64,000 nucleotides of DNA from Octopus sinensis (taxonomy: Eukaryota). The notes beneath the pieces were generated by a model. It did not search any database. It worked only from the letters and a program-made list of their open reading frames with translations, and was not told the origin of the DNA. The DNA lies in the NCBI RefSeq assembly GCF_006345805.1, contig NC_043007.1:35092001-35156000 (forward strand), in the 5' to 3' direction. A program made the translations under genes and the position numbers. Of the stretch, positions 12,300-24,956 are shown in pieces (position 1 is the first letter of the stretch; each line of letters begins with the position of its first letter).

Positions 12300-15096
12300 C
12301 TTTGAAAAATAATGAAGAAATACCTATTTGTTTAATTTCAAACGATTGTTTTGCGACAGAAATTATAAAATTATAAAGATGCTTTGAGTCAAAGCAGTCC
12401 ACCAATAGTAGAAAGTCTACAGAATTGTTTGAAAAGCTATCGGAATATTTCAGAAAAAAAAGATGCAATCTCTAGAGAATAATATTTATACTATAAATAT
12501 AGTAAAGTACTTAAGGGCATCTTTTGAAGCTGTTTATTCAATTGCAAATTATATAAAAGAACATACGGCATCGGTGAAAAACTTGCGTTCTTTACAGCAA
12601 TAAAAATGAGAAAAATTATTCATGGAAAAAATATGTAGATGCGTTATAGAAATTTCTTCGGTGAAATAATACTGTTGCTAGTCGTATTTCAGAAATTAAT
12701 GATGATCAATCCGAGAAACTTAATAAAAGAAAAGCATATTTCTTTTATTAATAAAACTTAATAAAAGAAAAAAGCTAAATTTGCAATTCAGTGTTACTGA
12801 ATTGACCGACGTGATGAGTTCAGTACAATTATTCTTTTTCTACTCTGAGCACAAGGCCCGAAATTTTTGGGAAGGGGGCCAGTCGATTAGATCGACTCCA
12901 GTATGCAAGTGATACTTAATGTATCGACCCCGAAAGGATGAACGCAAAGTCGACATCGGCGGAATTTGAACTCAGAACGTAGCGGCAGACGAAATACCGC
13001 TAAATATTTCGCCCGGCGGGCTAACTTTTCTTATTTCTTTATTGCCCGTTAGGGGCTAAACATAGATTGGACAAACAAGGACAGACAAAGGGTTTAAGTC
13101 GATTACATCGACCCCAGTGCGTAAATGGTACTTAATTTATCGACCCCGAAATGAAGAAAGGCAAAGTCGACCTCGGCGGAATTTGAACTCAGAACGTAAT
13201 GCAGACGAATTACCTATTTCTTTATTACCCACAAGGGGCTAAACATAGAGGGGACAAACAAGGACAGACATAGGTATTAAGTCGATTACATCGACCCCAG
13301 TGCGTAACTGGTACTTAATTTATCGACCCCGAAAGGATGAAAGGCAAAGTCGACCTCGGCGGAATTTGAACTCAGAACGTAGCGGCAGACGAAATACCGC
13401 TAAATATTTCGCCCGGCGGGCTAACTTTTCTTATTTCTTTATTGCCCGCAAGGGGCTAAACATAGAGGGGACAAACAAGGACAGACAAAGGGTTTAAGTC
13501 GATTACATCGACCCCAGTGCGTAAATGGTACTTAATTTATCGACCCCGAAATGAAGAAAGGCAAAGTCGACCTCGGCGGAATTTGAACTCAGAACGTAAT
13601 GCAGACGAATTACCGCTAAGCATTTCGCTCGGCGTGCTAACGTTTCGGCCAATTCGCCGCCTTATTTAGCACAATTGTTGAGATACGCCCATTACTCATT
13701 TTTCATCTTCGATCTCGTTGTTATTGTTTACATTAGGCGTCTTGGATACGAAGCGTCGTAACAAAATCAGTGTTGGCTGCAGTTTCTATAGAAAATCTGT
13801 AGAGACAACCTTAGTAAGTAATGTGTTAGCACTGCTAACACAGTAGGACACAGTATTAATTTATAAAAACGCTTAATAAACTTTGTAGTATATTATGGTT
13901 GCATAACGAAATACGGTGCTCCTTCAGGTCATTGATAATCAAGTGTTATTTTAAGAATAGTGCCCACGAAGATATGTTCTGTAGATCGTTGAATGGACGT
14001 ACAACGGATGACTTTTTTTTTAAGTGTACAATTTTTTCAGAGAATTAGACCTTGAATGGAATAATTTCGTTGGAATATGTATTGGTGGTACATCAGCTTT
14101 TGACGAAGAAGGAAACTGAATTTCACGTTAAAATCAAATCCCATTATTTTTTATATTATTCTTTGTATGATTCACCAAGAGACTTTATGGTCTAAGAGAT
14201 TTTCTGCAGATCTGAATGTAGTGTTACAAGATGTTGTTAAAATTATCAACTTAATTAAAAGTGTTGTACTCACTAATCGTCTGTTCGCAAATCTCCGCAA
14301 CGAGATGGAATCCAATTTCATTAAATTTTCATTGAGAACACAAGTGCAATGGTTCTCAAGTGGATGAACACTGAAACGGTTATTAGAATTTAGAAAATGA
14401 AGTCATAATATTCCTGTCGCTAAAAAATTTGGCTAATTTGTTTCACACGGAAGATTAGTCATGTAAATTATGCTAATTGTCGGGTGTATTTTGAAAACTT
14501 AATGAATTTAATGAATTTAATTTGTCTCTACAAGGAGAAAACATCAATATTTTCTTATTTAAATTTGAAATTCAAGCTTTGATTAAAAAATGATGAATTT
14601 GAAATGTTCTCATACAGAAATGATTTTATTTTGGAATATGCATCGAATTTTAATTTGATCAAGCGAATAATAATTAATCATTTGGAGAGTCAGGAAAAAT
14701 ATTTCCAGAAATTTTTTTTTTTCAAAGAATTAAACAATAACCGAGTGGATTAAATCTAAAATCCGTTTACATTTGAAACAGAGCGCGTAAAACTTTTGCC
14801 ATTAGAAGCTCAGGAAAAATATGCAGAATTTTCAAGTGACTCAATTTTTAGGATGAATTTTCTCTGAAAACCTTTAAAAATAATTTTTGGCTTAGTATTC
14901 GTACTGAATTTCCACGGTTATTCAAACCTTTCTACCATTTGTTACAATGTATTTGTGTTAATCAGTATTCTTGACTGGAATTAAAACCAAAAAATTGCGC
15001 AATATTACGAACATTGAACATGAAACTAACATTAACAAATATTAGATCAAGATCTGATTCCTTGTGCAAAATAAACAAGCACCTCCTTCTCACTAA
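12300..15096 (+). pseudogene. Decayed hAT (Charlie/Buster-type) transposase
   Basis: Colinear motifs LRASFE, IGEKL, NNTVASRISEI, FAIQ, VGIC, CMIHQE, VQWFSSG (cf. RWLSRG), NLSLQGEN, FWLSIRTEFP, LPFVTMYLC, QAPPSH*; many stops; interrupted by a SINE B multimer. Confidence 0.85.
12835..13663 (-). mobile_element. Nin-domain SINE (family B) tandem multimer
   Basis: Four repeats of the ggcaaagtcgacctcggcggaatttgaactcagaacg block; head at ~13660. Confidence 0.9.
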
Positions 15097-15154
15097 ATGT
15101 ATATATTTTTTATTTCGTTTGCAAGATTCTTTATGTGAGTTCGTGTGTTAAAGC

Positions 15155-15313
15155 ATATTCTGTTGTGTCTGGGGAGAGTAATTTTCTTTTTATGCCTGAT
15201 AATGTAAAACACTCACTGGTAAAATAAGAAATAAGTGGAAATTTTACCGGTGAGTGTGTTACATTATAAGACACAAAAAGAAAATGATTCTCCCCAGACA
15301 CAACAGAGTATAT
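15155..15313. repeat. Fold-back inverted repeat (~70-bp arms)
   Basis: ctgttgtgtctggggaga..actcactggtaaaat pairs with attttaccggtgagt..tctccccagacacaacag. Confidence 0.9.
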
Positions 15314-15949
15314 TTTTTTTCTTTTGCGTACTGAATTTATATTTCAAAATTAAGACATGTTAGATTTTATTGTATCCGTAGAAAAGCAATGAAGGCAGAG
15401 ACGAATTCCGACTCATTTTTGCCTAAGAGCGAGAATATTTTCTACAATTTTATACTGAAACCAATTTTGAATTTGATTTTTCTTCGGCGGAAGCGTTATT
15501 TTTGAGATGCTTTCTTCCTATTCTATTAGAGAGAGAGAGGTGTTTTTGTATATATTTTTTTTAGTTTTCACTCAAATTTTTTCATACATTTTCTATTAAC
15601 AAATTTGATTGGAATCTGATTTTTACAAAACTTTATAGCTAATGAGAATTCCGGTTTATTTCCGTAAATAAAAGAAAAACAAACTACATATTTATTGTGT
15701 TAAGTCAAAAGTTTTGCAATATTTTGGTAGCTTATTTGCTTTATTGGTCAAGTTACAACATAAGCAGCCTAGCATTCAAAATGAAGGCCATCATGTTGCG
15801 CCATCAGAAACACCTTTCTGGCGGTTCTTTATGCAATAAACTTCACGCATTAAATTTCTTTGAGAAAAAGTGGATTGCAATTCAAAAACTTTTGGAAGGC
15901 TGTTTTAATATACGATATGGTGCTTTCTTGCTCTCCCGCCTTCTTTTTA

Positions 15950-16287
15950 TACTCTTAACTCTTTTACTTGTTTCAGTAATTTGACTGAGGCCATGCTGGA
16001 GCACCGACTTTAGTCGAGCAAATAGATCCCAGGACTTATTCTATCGGTCTCTTTTGCCGAACCGCTAAGTTACGGGGTCGTAAACACACCAGCATCGGTT
16101 GTCAAGCGATGTTGGGGAGACAAACAGACACACAAACACACACACACACATATGTACATATACATATATACGATGGGTTTCTTTCAGTTTCCGTTTAGCA
16201 AATCCACTCACAAGGCTTTGGTCGGCCCGAGGCTATAGTAGTAGACTGAACCCGGAACCATGTGTTTGGTAAGCAAGCTACATACCA
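15950..16287 (-). mobile_element. SINE family A with internal deletions
   Basis: Family match. Confidence 0.88.
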
Positions 16288-16380
16288 CACAGCCACTCCT
16301 GCGCCTACATAATACATACATACATACATACATACATACATACATACACATACATGCACTTACATACATACGCAACTTAT

Positions 16381-16422
<42 letters not shown>

Positions 16423-16424
16423 TT

Positions 16425-16630
16425 CGCACGCCGGGCGAAATGCGTAGCCGTATTTCGTCTGCCGTTACGTTCTTGGTTCAAATTCCGCCGAGGTCGACTT
16501 TGCCTTTCATCCTTTCGGGGTCGATAAAGTAAGTACCAGTTCCGCACTGGGGTCGATGTAATCGACTTAATCCGTTTGTCTGTCCTTGTTTGTCCCCTCT
16601 GTGTTTAGCCCCTTGTGGGTAGTAAAGAAG
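16425..16630 (+). mobile_element. Nin-domain SINE (family B)
   Basis: Family match. Confidence 0.88.
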
Positions 16631-16788
16631 TATATATATATATAATTTCAGCAAAACAATTAAGATTCAAATGAATTCAAATGAGTATGGTACTTAACTT
16701 AGATGCACCAGAATTCTTTATGGTATTAACCATAAAATTATGTGGGGTGATTATAACCAAGAAAAAAGTAACAAGAATGGATCAGTAG

Positions 16789-16875
16789 TTTAGTACAATT
16801 GTTTCATACTAAGAACATTTTATTTAAAGCTGCAAATATTACAACAAATATAATGTCAAGTATTCATCAGCTAAA
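16789..16875 (-). ncRNA. Hammerhead ribozyme motif (H3, left arm)
   Basis: Reverse complement of the 17324-17410 motif with a few helix II differences. Confidence 0.8.
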
Positions 16876-17323
16876 TCACATATATGTTTTCCAAACATCC
16901 TAGAGAGTGTAAATATCCTTATGAAGTATTAGGAGTGAGTTCTATGAATTTGAAGTAAGATTATAAGCAGAGTTTATATGTTTTCCGACAATGCACAGTT
17001 TTTAAAATGATTATTAACTTCTCAGAGAGGGTAAATCCATCCATAATGATTCAGATATATGTTCCAGAAAACATGAGGAAGGATACTGGTCACACACCGG
17101 TTCAGTTCCTCACGTCTCCTGGAACTTATATCTGCATCTTTATGGATTGATTTACCTTTTCTGAGAAGTTAATAATTATTTTAAAAACTTTTTTTAAAAA
17201 CTGTGCATTGTCGGAAAACATCTAAAGTCTGCTTATAATCTTACTTCAAATTCATAGAACTCACTCCTAATACTTCATAAGGATATTTACACTCTCTAGG
17301 ATGTTTGGAAAACATATATGTGA

Positions 17324-17410
17324 TTTAGCTGATGAATACTTGACATTATATTTGCTGTAATATTTGCAGCTTTAAATAAAATGTTCTTAGTATGAAACAA
17401 TTGTACTAAA
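17324..17410 (+). ncRNA. Hammerhead ribozyme motif (H3, right arm)
   Basis: TTTAG CTGATGA ATACT..(gctgtaa/ttgcagc hairpin)..AGTAT GAA ACAATTGT A CTAAA; GUA site. Confidence 0.85.
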
Positions 17411-17807
17411 CTACTGATCTATTCTTGTTACTTGTTTCTTGGTTATATATATGTACTCTGTTTTTTTCGTTTAGGTCTGTTTCCACGTTTGTTTTTACGT
17501 TTTCGTTTCTCGTTGAGTTCTACGTCTATTTGTGGTGTCCTGTACTCACGTATATATATTTATATATGCATGTATATATACATGTAGATGTAGGTACGTA
17601 CATATATGTGTGTATGCCTATATTTTATTTATTACACTATTGTATGACTGAGCGCCCTCGCGTCGATTCGATTCGTTTTCGTTTCGTTTCATCTCCTCCA
17701 AGTAAGTTTTGTTATATATATATATATATATACATGTGTGTGTGTGTACATAGATATATACATAAAGTAAGCAAACAGGGTGTGCGTTGCGCCACATGGC
17801 TGTATCA

Positions 17808-18011
17808 AGGCTTGAACAGACAGAACACAACAAGGAGAAAAAGTTAGCTTTGGGACCACTCATTGATAATGGCGCGAAACCACTGTTCCGTGTATCGTGT
17901 CTTCGTCTGTATTTCCCGTCCGTAAAGTTTTCACCTGGATTCCCGTTTGCTCTGCTTTCGTTCAACTTTTTCTCCTTGTTGTGTTCTGTCTTTTCAACCC
18001 CTGATACCACC
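17808..18011. repeat. Inverted repeat (~50-bp arms, ~115-bp spacer)
   Basis: agacagaacacaacaaggagaaaaagtt pairs with aactttttctccttgttgtgttctgtct. Confidence 0.85.
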
Positions 18012-18059
18012 ATATATATACATAGCTCCTCATCATGTCTTCCAACCAGTTTTTGTAAA

Positions 18060-18066
18060 TAGTAGT

Positions 18067-18110
<44 letters not shown>

Positions 18111-18703
18111 TAGTGGTAGTAGTAGCAGTAGCAGTAGCAGCAGCAGCAGTTAGAATAACAGCTTCGTAGCTTAAGTTGTGTATGCCATTGTTATTAACCA
18201 ATTTCAATTAAGTTTTAACTAATAAAATCATCATTTTTAATTAAATTTAGCCACTTATCACATGTCTATTGGTTTATTCTCGATTAAACATCACCATCAA
18301 TGCCACCATCACCTCCTCCTCCTCCTCCTCCTCCTCCTCATCATCATCATCATCATAATCATCGATATATTCATCATCATCAAATTATTATGATCATCAA
18401 ATGATCGTCATGATCACCATCATCATCGTCGTCGTCGTTATCATTTTTGTTATTATCATCGTCATCATCGTCGCCGTCGTCATGAACATTATCATCATAA
18501 TCATCATCGTCATCGTCGTCGTCGTCGTCGTCATCTTCATTATCATCATCATCATCATCGTCGCCGTCGTCATGAACATTATCATAATCATCATCGTCGC
18601 CGTCGTCATGAACATTATCATAATCATCGTCGTCATCGTCGTCGTCGTCGTCATCTTCATTATCATCATCACCATCATCATTGTCGTCGTCGTCGTCGTC
18701 GTT

Positions 18704-18736
<33 letters not shown>

Positions 18737-18745
18737 ATCATTATC
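18060..18745. repeat. (AGC/AGT)n and (CAT/CGT)n trinucleotide tracts
   Basis: Visible simple repeats. Confidence 0.95.
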
Positions 18746-18972
18746 AAATTGTCATAGTTAGCGTAGACGACGGTGAATGCTGCTGAGATAAACGTGAACG
18801 TGAATATGGACATTTTTATCTAAACACACAGATATTATTAAGTAACTCTCTCTAATCATCAAATCATTCTCGACACCTCAAATACCAACCCTTTTACAGA
18901 AAGAAAACAACACCGAAAGTTCGAACGAGCTGCAAGGACTCCTTACATTTGAGCAATAGTACTTTAACGTAC

Positions 18973-19757
18973 ATATTTCTTTACTACCCACAAGGGGCTA
19001 AACATAGAGGGGACAAACAAGAACAGACAAACGGATGAAGTCGATTACATCGACCCCAGTGCGTAACTGGTACTTATTTAATCGACTCCGAAAGGATGAA
19101 AGGCAAAGTCGACCTCGGCGGAATTTGAACTCAGAACGTAACGGCAGACGAAATACCTATTTCTTTACTACCTACAAGGGGCTAAACCCAGAGAGGACAA
19201 ACAAGGACAGACAAACGGATTAAATCGATTATATCGACCCCAGTGTGTAACTGGTACTTAATTTATCGACCCGAAAGGAATTAAAGGCAAAGTCGACCTC
19301 GGCGGAATTTGAACTCAGAACGTAACGGCAGACGAAATACCTATTTCTTTACTACCTACAAGGGGCTAAACGCAGAGAGGACAAACAAGGACAGACAAAC
19401 GGATTAAATCGATTATATCGACCCCAGTGTGTAACTGGTACTTAATTTATCGACCCGAAAGGAATTAAAGGCAAAGTCGACCTCGGCGGAATTTGAACTC
19501 AGAACGTACGGCAGACGAAATACCTATTTCTTTACTACCTACAAGGGGCTAAACGCAGAGAGGACAAACAAGGACAGACAAACGGATTAAATCGATTATA
19601 TCGACCCCAGTGTGTAACTGGTACTTAATTTATCGACCCGAAAGGAATTAAAGGCAAAGTCGACCTCGGCGGAATTTGAACTCAGAACGTAACGGCAGAC
19701 GAAATATCGCTAAATATTTCGCCCGGCGTGCTAATGATTCTACCAGCTCGCCGCCCT
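18973..19757 (-). mobile_element. Nin-domain SINE (family B): four body units, one head, TSD
   Basis: ~183-bp period; TSD atagtactttaa(c/t)gtac at 18956 and 19758. Confidence 0.92.
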
Positions 19758-20037
19758 ATAGTACTTTAATGTACGCAATTATGAAGAAATGGTTGTTGAT
19801 GATTTATTAATGTGTGTATGGGAGGGGTTCGTGTGCGTGCGTTGCGAGCACGATGGCTTTTCTCTCGGTTATCATCTACCAATTCAAATCAAAGGTTATT
19901 GGTTAGCCTGAGCAATAGCAGATACTTACCGAAGGGGATGCGCTCTTCAAAATAGGTTGTGGCTAAGTGAGCTTCAAAAACTCCCCATAGTCATACCGTA
20001 GTACTATATTTCTATTACAGTACTGCTATATTTCTAG

Positions 20038-20195
20038 CACTCCGTCGGTTGCGACGACGAGAGTTCCAGTTTATCTGATCAAGAGAACAAGAGATACCAC
20101 GTGATACAGAATGGGACCAGGCTGGCCCTTTGAATTACAAGTACAACTCATTTTTGCCACCTCAGTGGACTGCAGTAACGTGAAATAAAGTGAGG
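20038..20195 (-). mobile_element. SINE fragment with tail type C
   Basis: cactccgtcggttgcgacgacgag matches 39552. Confidence 0.7.
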
Positions 20196-20392
20196 ATAGC
20201 AAAAGAAGACAATGGCAAATGAAGTGAATGACAAAAGAAGAGAATGGCAAATGAAAAGACACGACGCCTAAGGTGTTCAGGCTAAATTTCACGGTTTGTA
20301 TAAAAGGAAAAGAAAATACAATATACCGTCCAAGAATAAGAGTAATTTTTAAAATCAAAAATATCAACTAGATTATGGCTGGAAAGTAATAT

Positions 20393-20591
20393 ATTTCTTT
20401 ACTGCCCACAAGGGACTAAACATAGAGGGGACAAACAAGGACAGTGCGTAACTGGTACTTAATTTATCGACCCCGAAAGGATGAAAGGCAAAGTCGACCT
20501 CGGCGGAATTTGAACTCAGAACGTAACGGCAGACGAAATACGGCTACGCATTTCGCCCGGCGCGCTAACGTCTCTGCCAGCTCGTCGCCTT
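20393..20591 (-). mobile_element. Nin-domain SINE (family B) with TSD
   Basis: TSD ttatggctggaaagtaata on both sides. Confidence 0.92.
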
Positions 20592-20611
20592 TTATGGCTG
20601 GAAAGTAATAG

Positions 20612-20695
20612 TTTATTCAAAGTAGCTACCTTCAGCTTCCATCACGGCCTCATCACGGCTCCGGAACCTGGCGCATGCGCATCTTCGAACACCTT
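20612..20695 (-). pseudogene. Tc1/mariner-superfamily transposase extreme C-terminus
   Basis: revcomp reads ACARFRSRDEAVMEAEGSYFE*. Confidence 0.6.
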
Positions 20696-21234
20696 CTGAA
20701 ACTGAAACCTTTATTTGAATAATTCGCTTTTCTATTCAGAGTTGAAGAAAGTGCAGGTTCCGGTGGTTGGACTCATGATCATAAGGTCATGGTTTCGATT
20801 CCTGCACCGGGTGGCAGGTTGTGTCCTTGAACAAGGCACTTCACATCATGGCCGCTGTGCTGGCTGAAAGTGGAAACACCGGCAGAGTGTATGCGTGTCC
20901 GCTCACGACTATATAGGCACCTAAAACAATTAAAGAAAGCATAACACATATTATTAAATCATATTCGCTTCTGGTCGTCATTAGGTTTATTGAATTTGCG
21001 CAAATATATAACGTATTATTTCTTATATTGTCTGTTCTAAGTTTAGTTCTGTTACATCACTCATCACTCATCATACGTTATTTATCTTTCTATTATCTAT
21101 AAATCTACGAGGGAGTGATGAAAAGTTGTTTGTTTCAAGGCTATCGTGAAAGGCCTAGTGAGAAGCCCAATCTTCCGAGTTCTTTTACAGGGCTTAGAAA
21201 AATTGAAGGAAACTGAAGGAAACTCGCCCTGTGT

Positions 21235-21273
<39 letters not shown>

Positions 21274-21319
21274 TGTGTGTGTGGTGTGTGTGTGTGTGTT
21301 GTGTGTGTGTGTGTGTGTT

Positions 21320-21512
21320 CCACTGCCATCATTTGACAACCGATTCTGGTGTGTTAATGTCTCTGTAACAGCGGTTCGGCAAAAGAGACCGATAGAATAA
21401 GTACTATGCTTACAAAGAATAAGTCCTGGTGTCGGTTTCTTCGACTAAAACCCTTTAAGGTGGTGCTCCAGCATGGCCGCAGTCAAATGACTGAAACAAG
21501 TGAAAGAATAAA
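21320..21512 (+). mobile_element. SINE family A, 3' part
   Basis: Family match. Confidence 0.85.
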
Positions 21513-22735
21513 ACAATAGTAACTGCAGAGTACATGGTGTAAGCACCTGAATGTTTTGCTTATTGAAAGACGCCATTTTACTCTGCCGATATTCGAAGAA
21601 TCACATTTGACAAACCACATGCATGGATCGATGCGTTGCTAATTTTTTCTGGTTATCTCTTCATTTGCCATTCTCATGTCTGCGAGAAGCAAACCAATTT
21701 TACAAATGTTTTCCCAACGTAGCCTAGCAAACGAGCTTGTTGAAGCTCTCCTTTATGCTTAAAATTAATCCCTATTTTCTCTCTATTGAATCGTTCCCCT
21801 TTCACAATCTCCTTGTTTTCTTACTTTCATTTAAGTCTCTTTAACTGATCGTCTCTTCTGACATCTCCTTCACCACCAACACCAACACCTCTTCTATGTT
21901 CTTTCGTTGTTTTTGTGATAATATCTGTTTCGTATGTTTGATTTGTGCGTTTCTATTCGTTATTTTGTTTTTCCATCGTTGTTATTACTGTTGAGAAAAA
22001 CGCGTTGATGCGGTAATAATGAAACAAAAATAATAATGTCCTTTACGCCATAACAAAAAATATAACATAGGTTACGAAAATAATATTCTGAAACTAATAT
22101 TAATCAGCATTTATCAAGGTTTTCATTAAAAAAAATAAAAACTAACCAATAACAACTACCACATTAACATCAACAACTGCATTAGCAACAGCCACAGCAG
22201 TAACAACAGATTTCTATAAACACGTTTAATAAATTCCGACATTTATGGCTGTCGGAATCAATTTAATTTCGTGCTTTTTGTTGTTTTTCTAACAGATATT
22301 ACTGTCATTTATAAACACATATGATGTCATATGAGGTGTTTTGCGAGGAACCAGGAAACTGAAATAACGGCATTTATTATAACAACACTTGTGTAAATGA
22401 AATCACCGGTGAATACGGGTTTATATTGATTTTAGAATATCAGCTTTTACTGTTGTTTTTTTTTCATAATTTGTTTTTGTATTTTTTTATATGTCTCTAT
22501 CGAAAGAGGAAAGACAACATCTACGACCTTGGCACGATCTCTATGACAGGAAGTTACGGTGATGGTAGGGAGGGTTAGCAAGAAGAAACCAGGCTGGGTT
22601 GCTGCCGATTGTTATTTCGATTCTTGCTGCTGTTATTGTTTAGTCCGAGATCATCCCTTATTTAACATACTTATAATCAAAAACATCCTAACTGTAGTCA
22701 TTCCACATTCCATCTTTTTTCGTTATAGAGAGAAC

Positions 22736-22985
22736 TATCTATCTATCCGCTCAGTCGAAGTCGACTCTCGGTTACTCGTTGGATCAGTGTCCTCCAGTCA
22801 GTTCTATCCTGGGCCACTTCTTTCAGATTGGCTATGTCCATTCCGGTATCACTCCTGATGGTGTCAAGCCAGCGGGTTCTTGGTCGGCCTCTTCCTCTCT
22901 TGCCACTGACCTTTCCGAGCATGATGTCCTTCTCCAGGGATTTTCTCCGCTTGATATGACCGAAATATACCAATCTATGCTTGGT
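22736..22985 (-). mobile_element. RTE (BovB-like) LINE, 5'-truncated, with TSD
   Basis: RLVYFGHIKRRKSLEKDIMLGKVSGKRGRGRPRTRWLD..DRTDWR; (GATA) tail; TSD gagagaac at 22728 and 22986. Confidence 0.92.
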
Positions 22986-23467
22986 GAGAGAACACAGAAC
23001 CAAATTATCTTTTCTTAGACGGTAGTGTGTAATTTCTACCATGTCGAATGACCACGTAGAGTATTCCGAGTGAGAAAGGCAGCCAACGAACAGAGTATTC
23101 TCCGGAAGCATAAACCACGAGATCTGGAGGCTTTGGCTGCTAATTCTAGCAGAACAAGAGGAACCGTTACTAAAATATCTCAAACGCGTCTTATGAAATG
23201 CTCTACATTTTTGTGCCAATCTGCCGTCTTGGTCACAATGAATATTATTACTTTCAGCATTCTACCTCTCACCAGAAACAACTTTGCCTTTCGTCCTTTA
23301 GCGATCGATAAAATAACGAATTGGGTGATTATAGGGATCTCCTGATCGGTTAAAAACATGCGGGACATTGCGTCTATCTAAGAAATCAATATTCTATACG
23401 TCAGCACGGCAAAAGAGAACTTGAGTAACAAGAGGTACAGGCTTTCCAGCCGCCATGTGCTAAAAAG

Positions 23468-23804
23468 GCGCATGGTTCAGTGGTTAGAGCGTCGAGCTTA
23501 CGATCGTGAGGTTGTGAGCTCGAATCCCCGACCGGGCTGCGTGTTGTGTTCTTGAGCAAGGCACTTTATTTCACGTTGGTCCAGTTCACTCAGCTGTAGA
23601 AATGAGTTGCGACGTCACTGGTACCAAGCTGTATCGGCCCCTTTTGCCTTTCCCTTGGATAACACTGGTGGCGTGGAGAGGGGAGGCTGGTATGCATGGG
23701 CGACTGCTGGTCTTCCATAAACAACCTCGCCCGGACTTGTGTCTAGGAGGGTAACTTTCTAGGTGCAATCCCATGGTCTGTGTCGTGACTGAGGGTGGTC
23801 TCCG
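23468..23804 (+). mobile_element. tRNA-derived SINE (CORE-like centre) with TSD
   Basis: A/B-box-like head, ttgagcaaggcactt, TSD atgtgctaaaaag. Confidence 0.85.
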
Positions 23805-24257
23805 ATGTGCTAAAAAGAAGCCCTTTAACAGTTCCAGCTTCTGCAGCGGCGGATCGAGAGCCACCAATCGCAGACCGAGCGCAGGAAATGAAACGCTTCA
23901 GAGAGACGTTTGTTCATTTTGATCACGAAACAGATGTCGTTGATCGATGCTGGAACCAACCACAGCATAAACAATGGGAGGAAAACATAAATAGTTACCT
24001 CCCCTGTCAGTAAATGTATATACTTGCGCTCTTCTTACAGCAGTATTTCTAGCAATGTAGGTACTTCGGAATTTTTAGTCACACTTAGGGACAATTGGAT
24101 TTCCCCTTTACGGTATCACATGCGCCTGGCTTCTTCTATTAGTTTTTAGTAAACGCATTAACATTTCGCTTAACCATCCATCAATTTTTATGGTAAATAT
24201 ATATATATATACATACATTATATATATTATTATGTATATATATATACACACACACAC

Positions 24258-24342
<85 letters not shown>

Positions 24343-24479
24343 TGCATACATATAGGGTGGATGCTACTGAAGTTTGTAGCCCCAGGAAGATATCTCCTCC
24401 AGCTGGCTATAGACACACTATCTGTGTCCTATCAGTATTTGTGAAGGGAAGTCAACCTCCCCGTCTTCAACTTATGATA

Positions 24480-24524
24480 CACACGGACTCGAGTTTCAAG
24501 GTGTTTACCTATCATCAGCGTGTG
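24480..24524 (-). ncRNA. Hammerhead ribozyme motif (H2)
   Basis: Exact reverse complement of 24912-24956. Confidence 0.9.
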
Positions 24525-24911
24525 ACAATCATAGTTGTCGACGAGAAGTCAGCTCCCTTCACAAATACATATACTTTTTCCAGTGTCGATTGACTCTGAT
24601 ATGGGCACAGATAGTGTGTCTATAGCCAGCTGGAAGAAATATCTTCCTGGGGCTACAAACTACAGTAGCATCCACCCTTAGGGGTTAGCCATATTCAAAT
24701 GGCAAATATGCGTCACGATGTGTTACCGCTACTGTTTATAACAGTATCTCGTGATTTATGCTTCCGGAGAATACTCTGTTCGCTGGCTGCCTTTCTCACT
24801 CGGAATTTATCATTGTTTGATTTCACTTTTTCAATATCAGTGTTAATCGACACTGGAAAAAGTATATGTATTTGTGAAGGGAGCTGACTTCTCGTCGACA
24901 ACCATGATTGT

Positions 24912-24956
24912 CACACGCTGATGATAGGTAAACACCTTGAAACTCGAGTCCGTGTG
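24912..24956 (+). ncRNA. Hammerhead ribozyme motif (H2), canonical core
   Basis: CACACG CTGATGA T AGGT aaac ACCT T GAA ACTCGAGT C CGTGTG; GUC site. Confidence 0.9.

Larger units (their letters stand above)
16752..17447. mobile_element. Inverted pair of PLE pseudo-LTR-like segments (~330-bp arms), family H3
   Basis: Near-perfect palindrome centred ~17090; each arm holds a hammerhead. Confidence 0.85.

Noticed and set aside
12835-13663. Regularly spaced repeats resembling a CRISPR array
   Set aside because: Whole ~180-230 bp SINE bodies repeat with no unique spacers; eukaryotic context and no cas genes
23180-23368. HKNVEHFIRRV, reminiscent of a Gypsy integrase zinc-finger region
   Set aside because: Single short motif, no other pol features or LTRs
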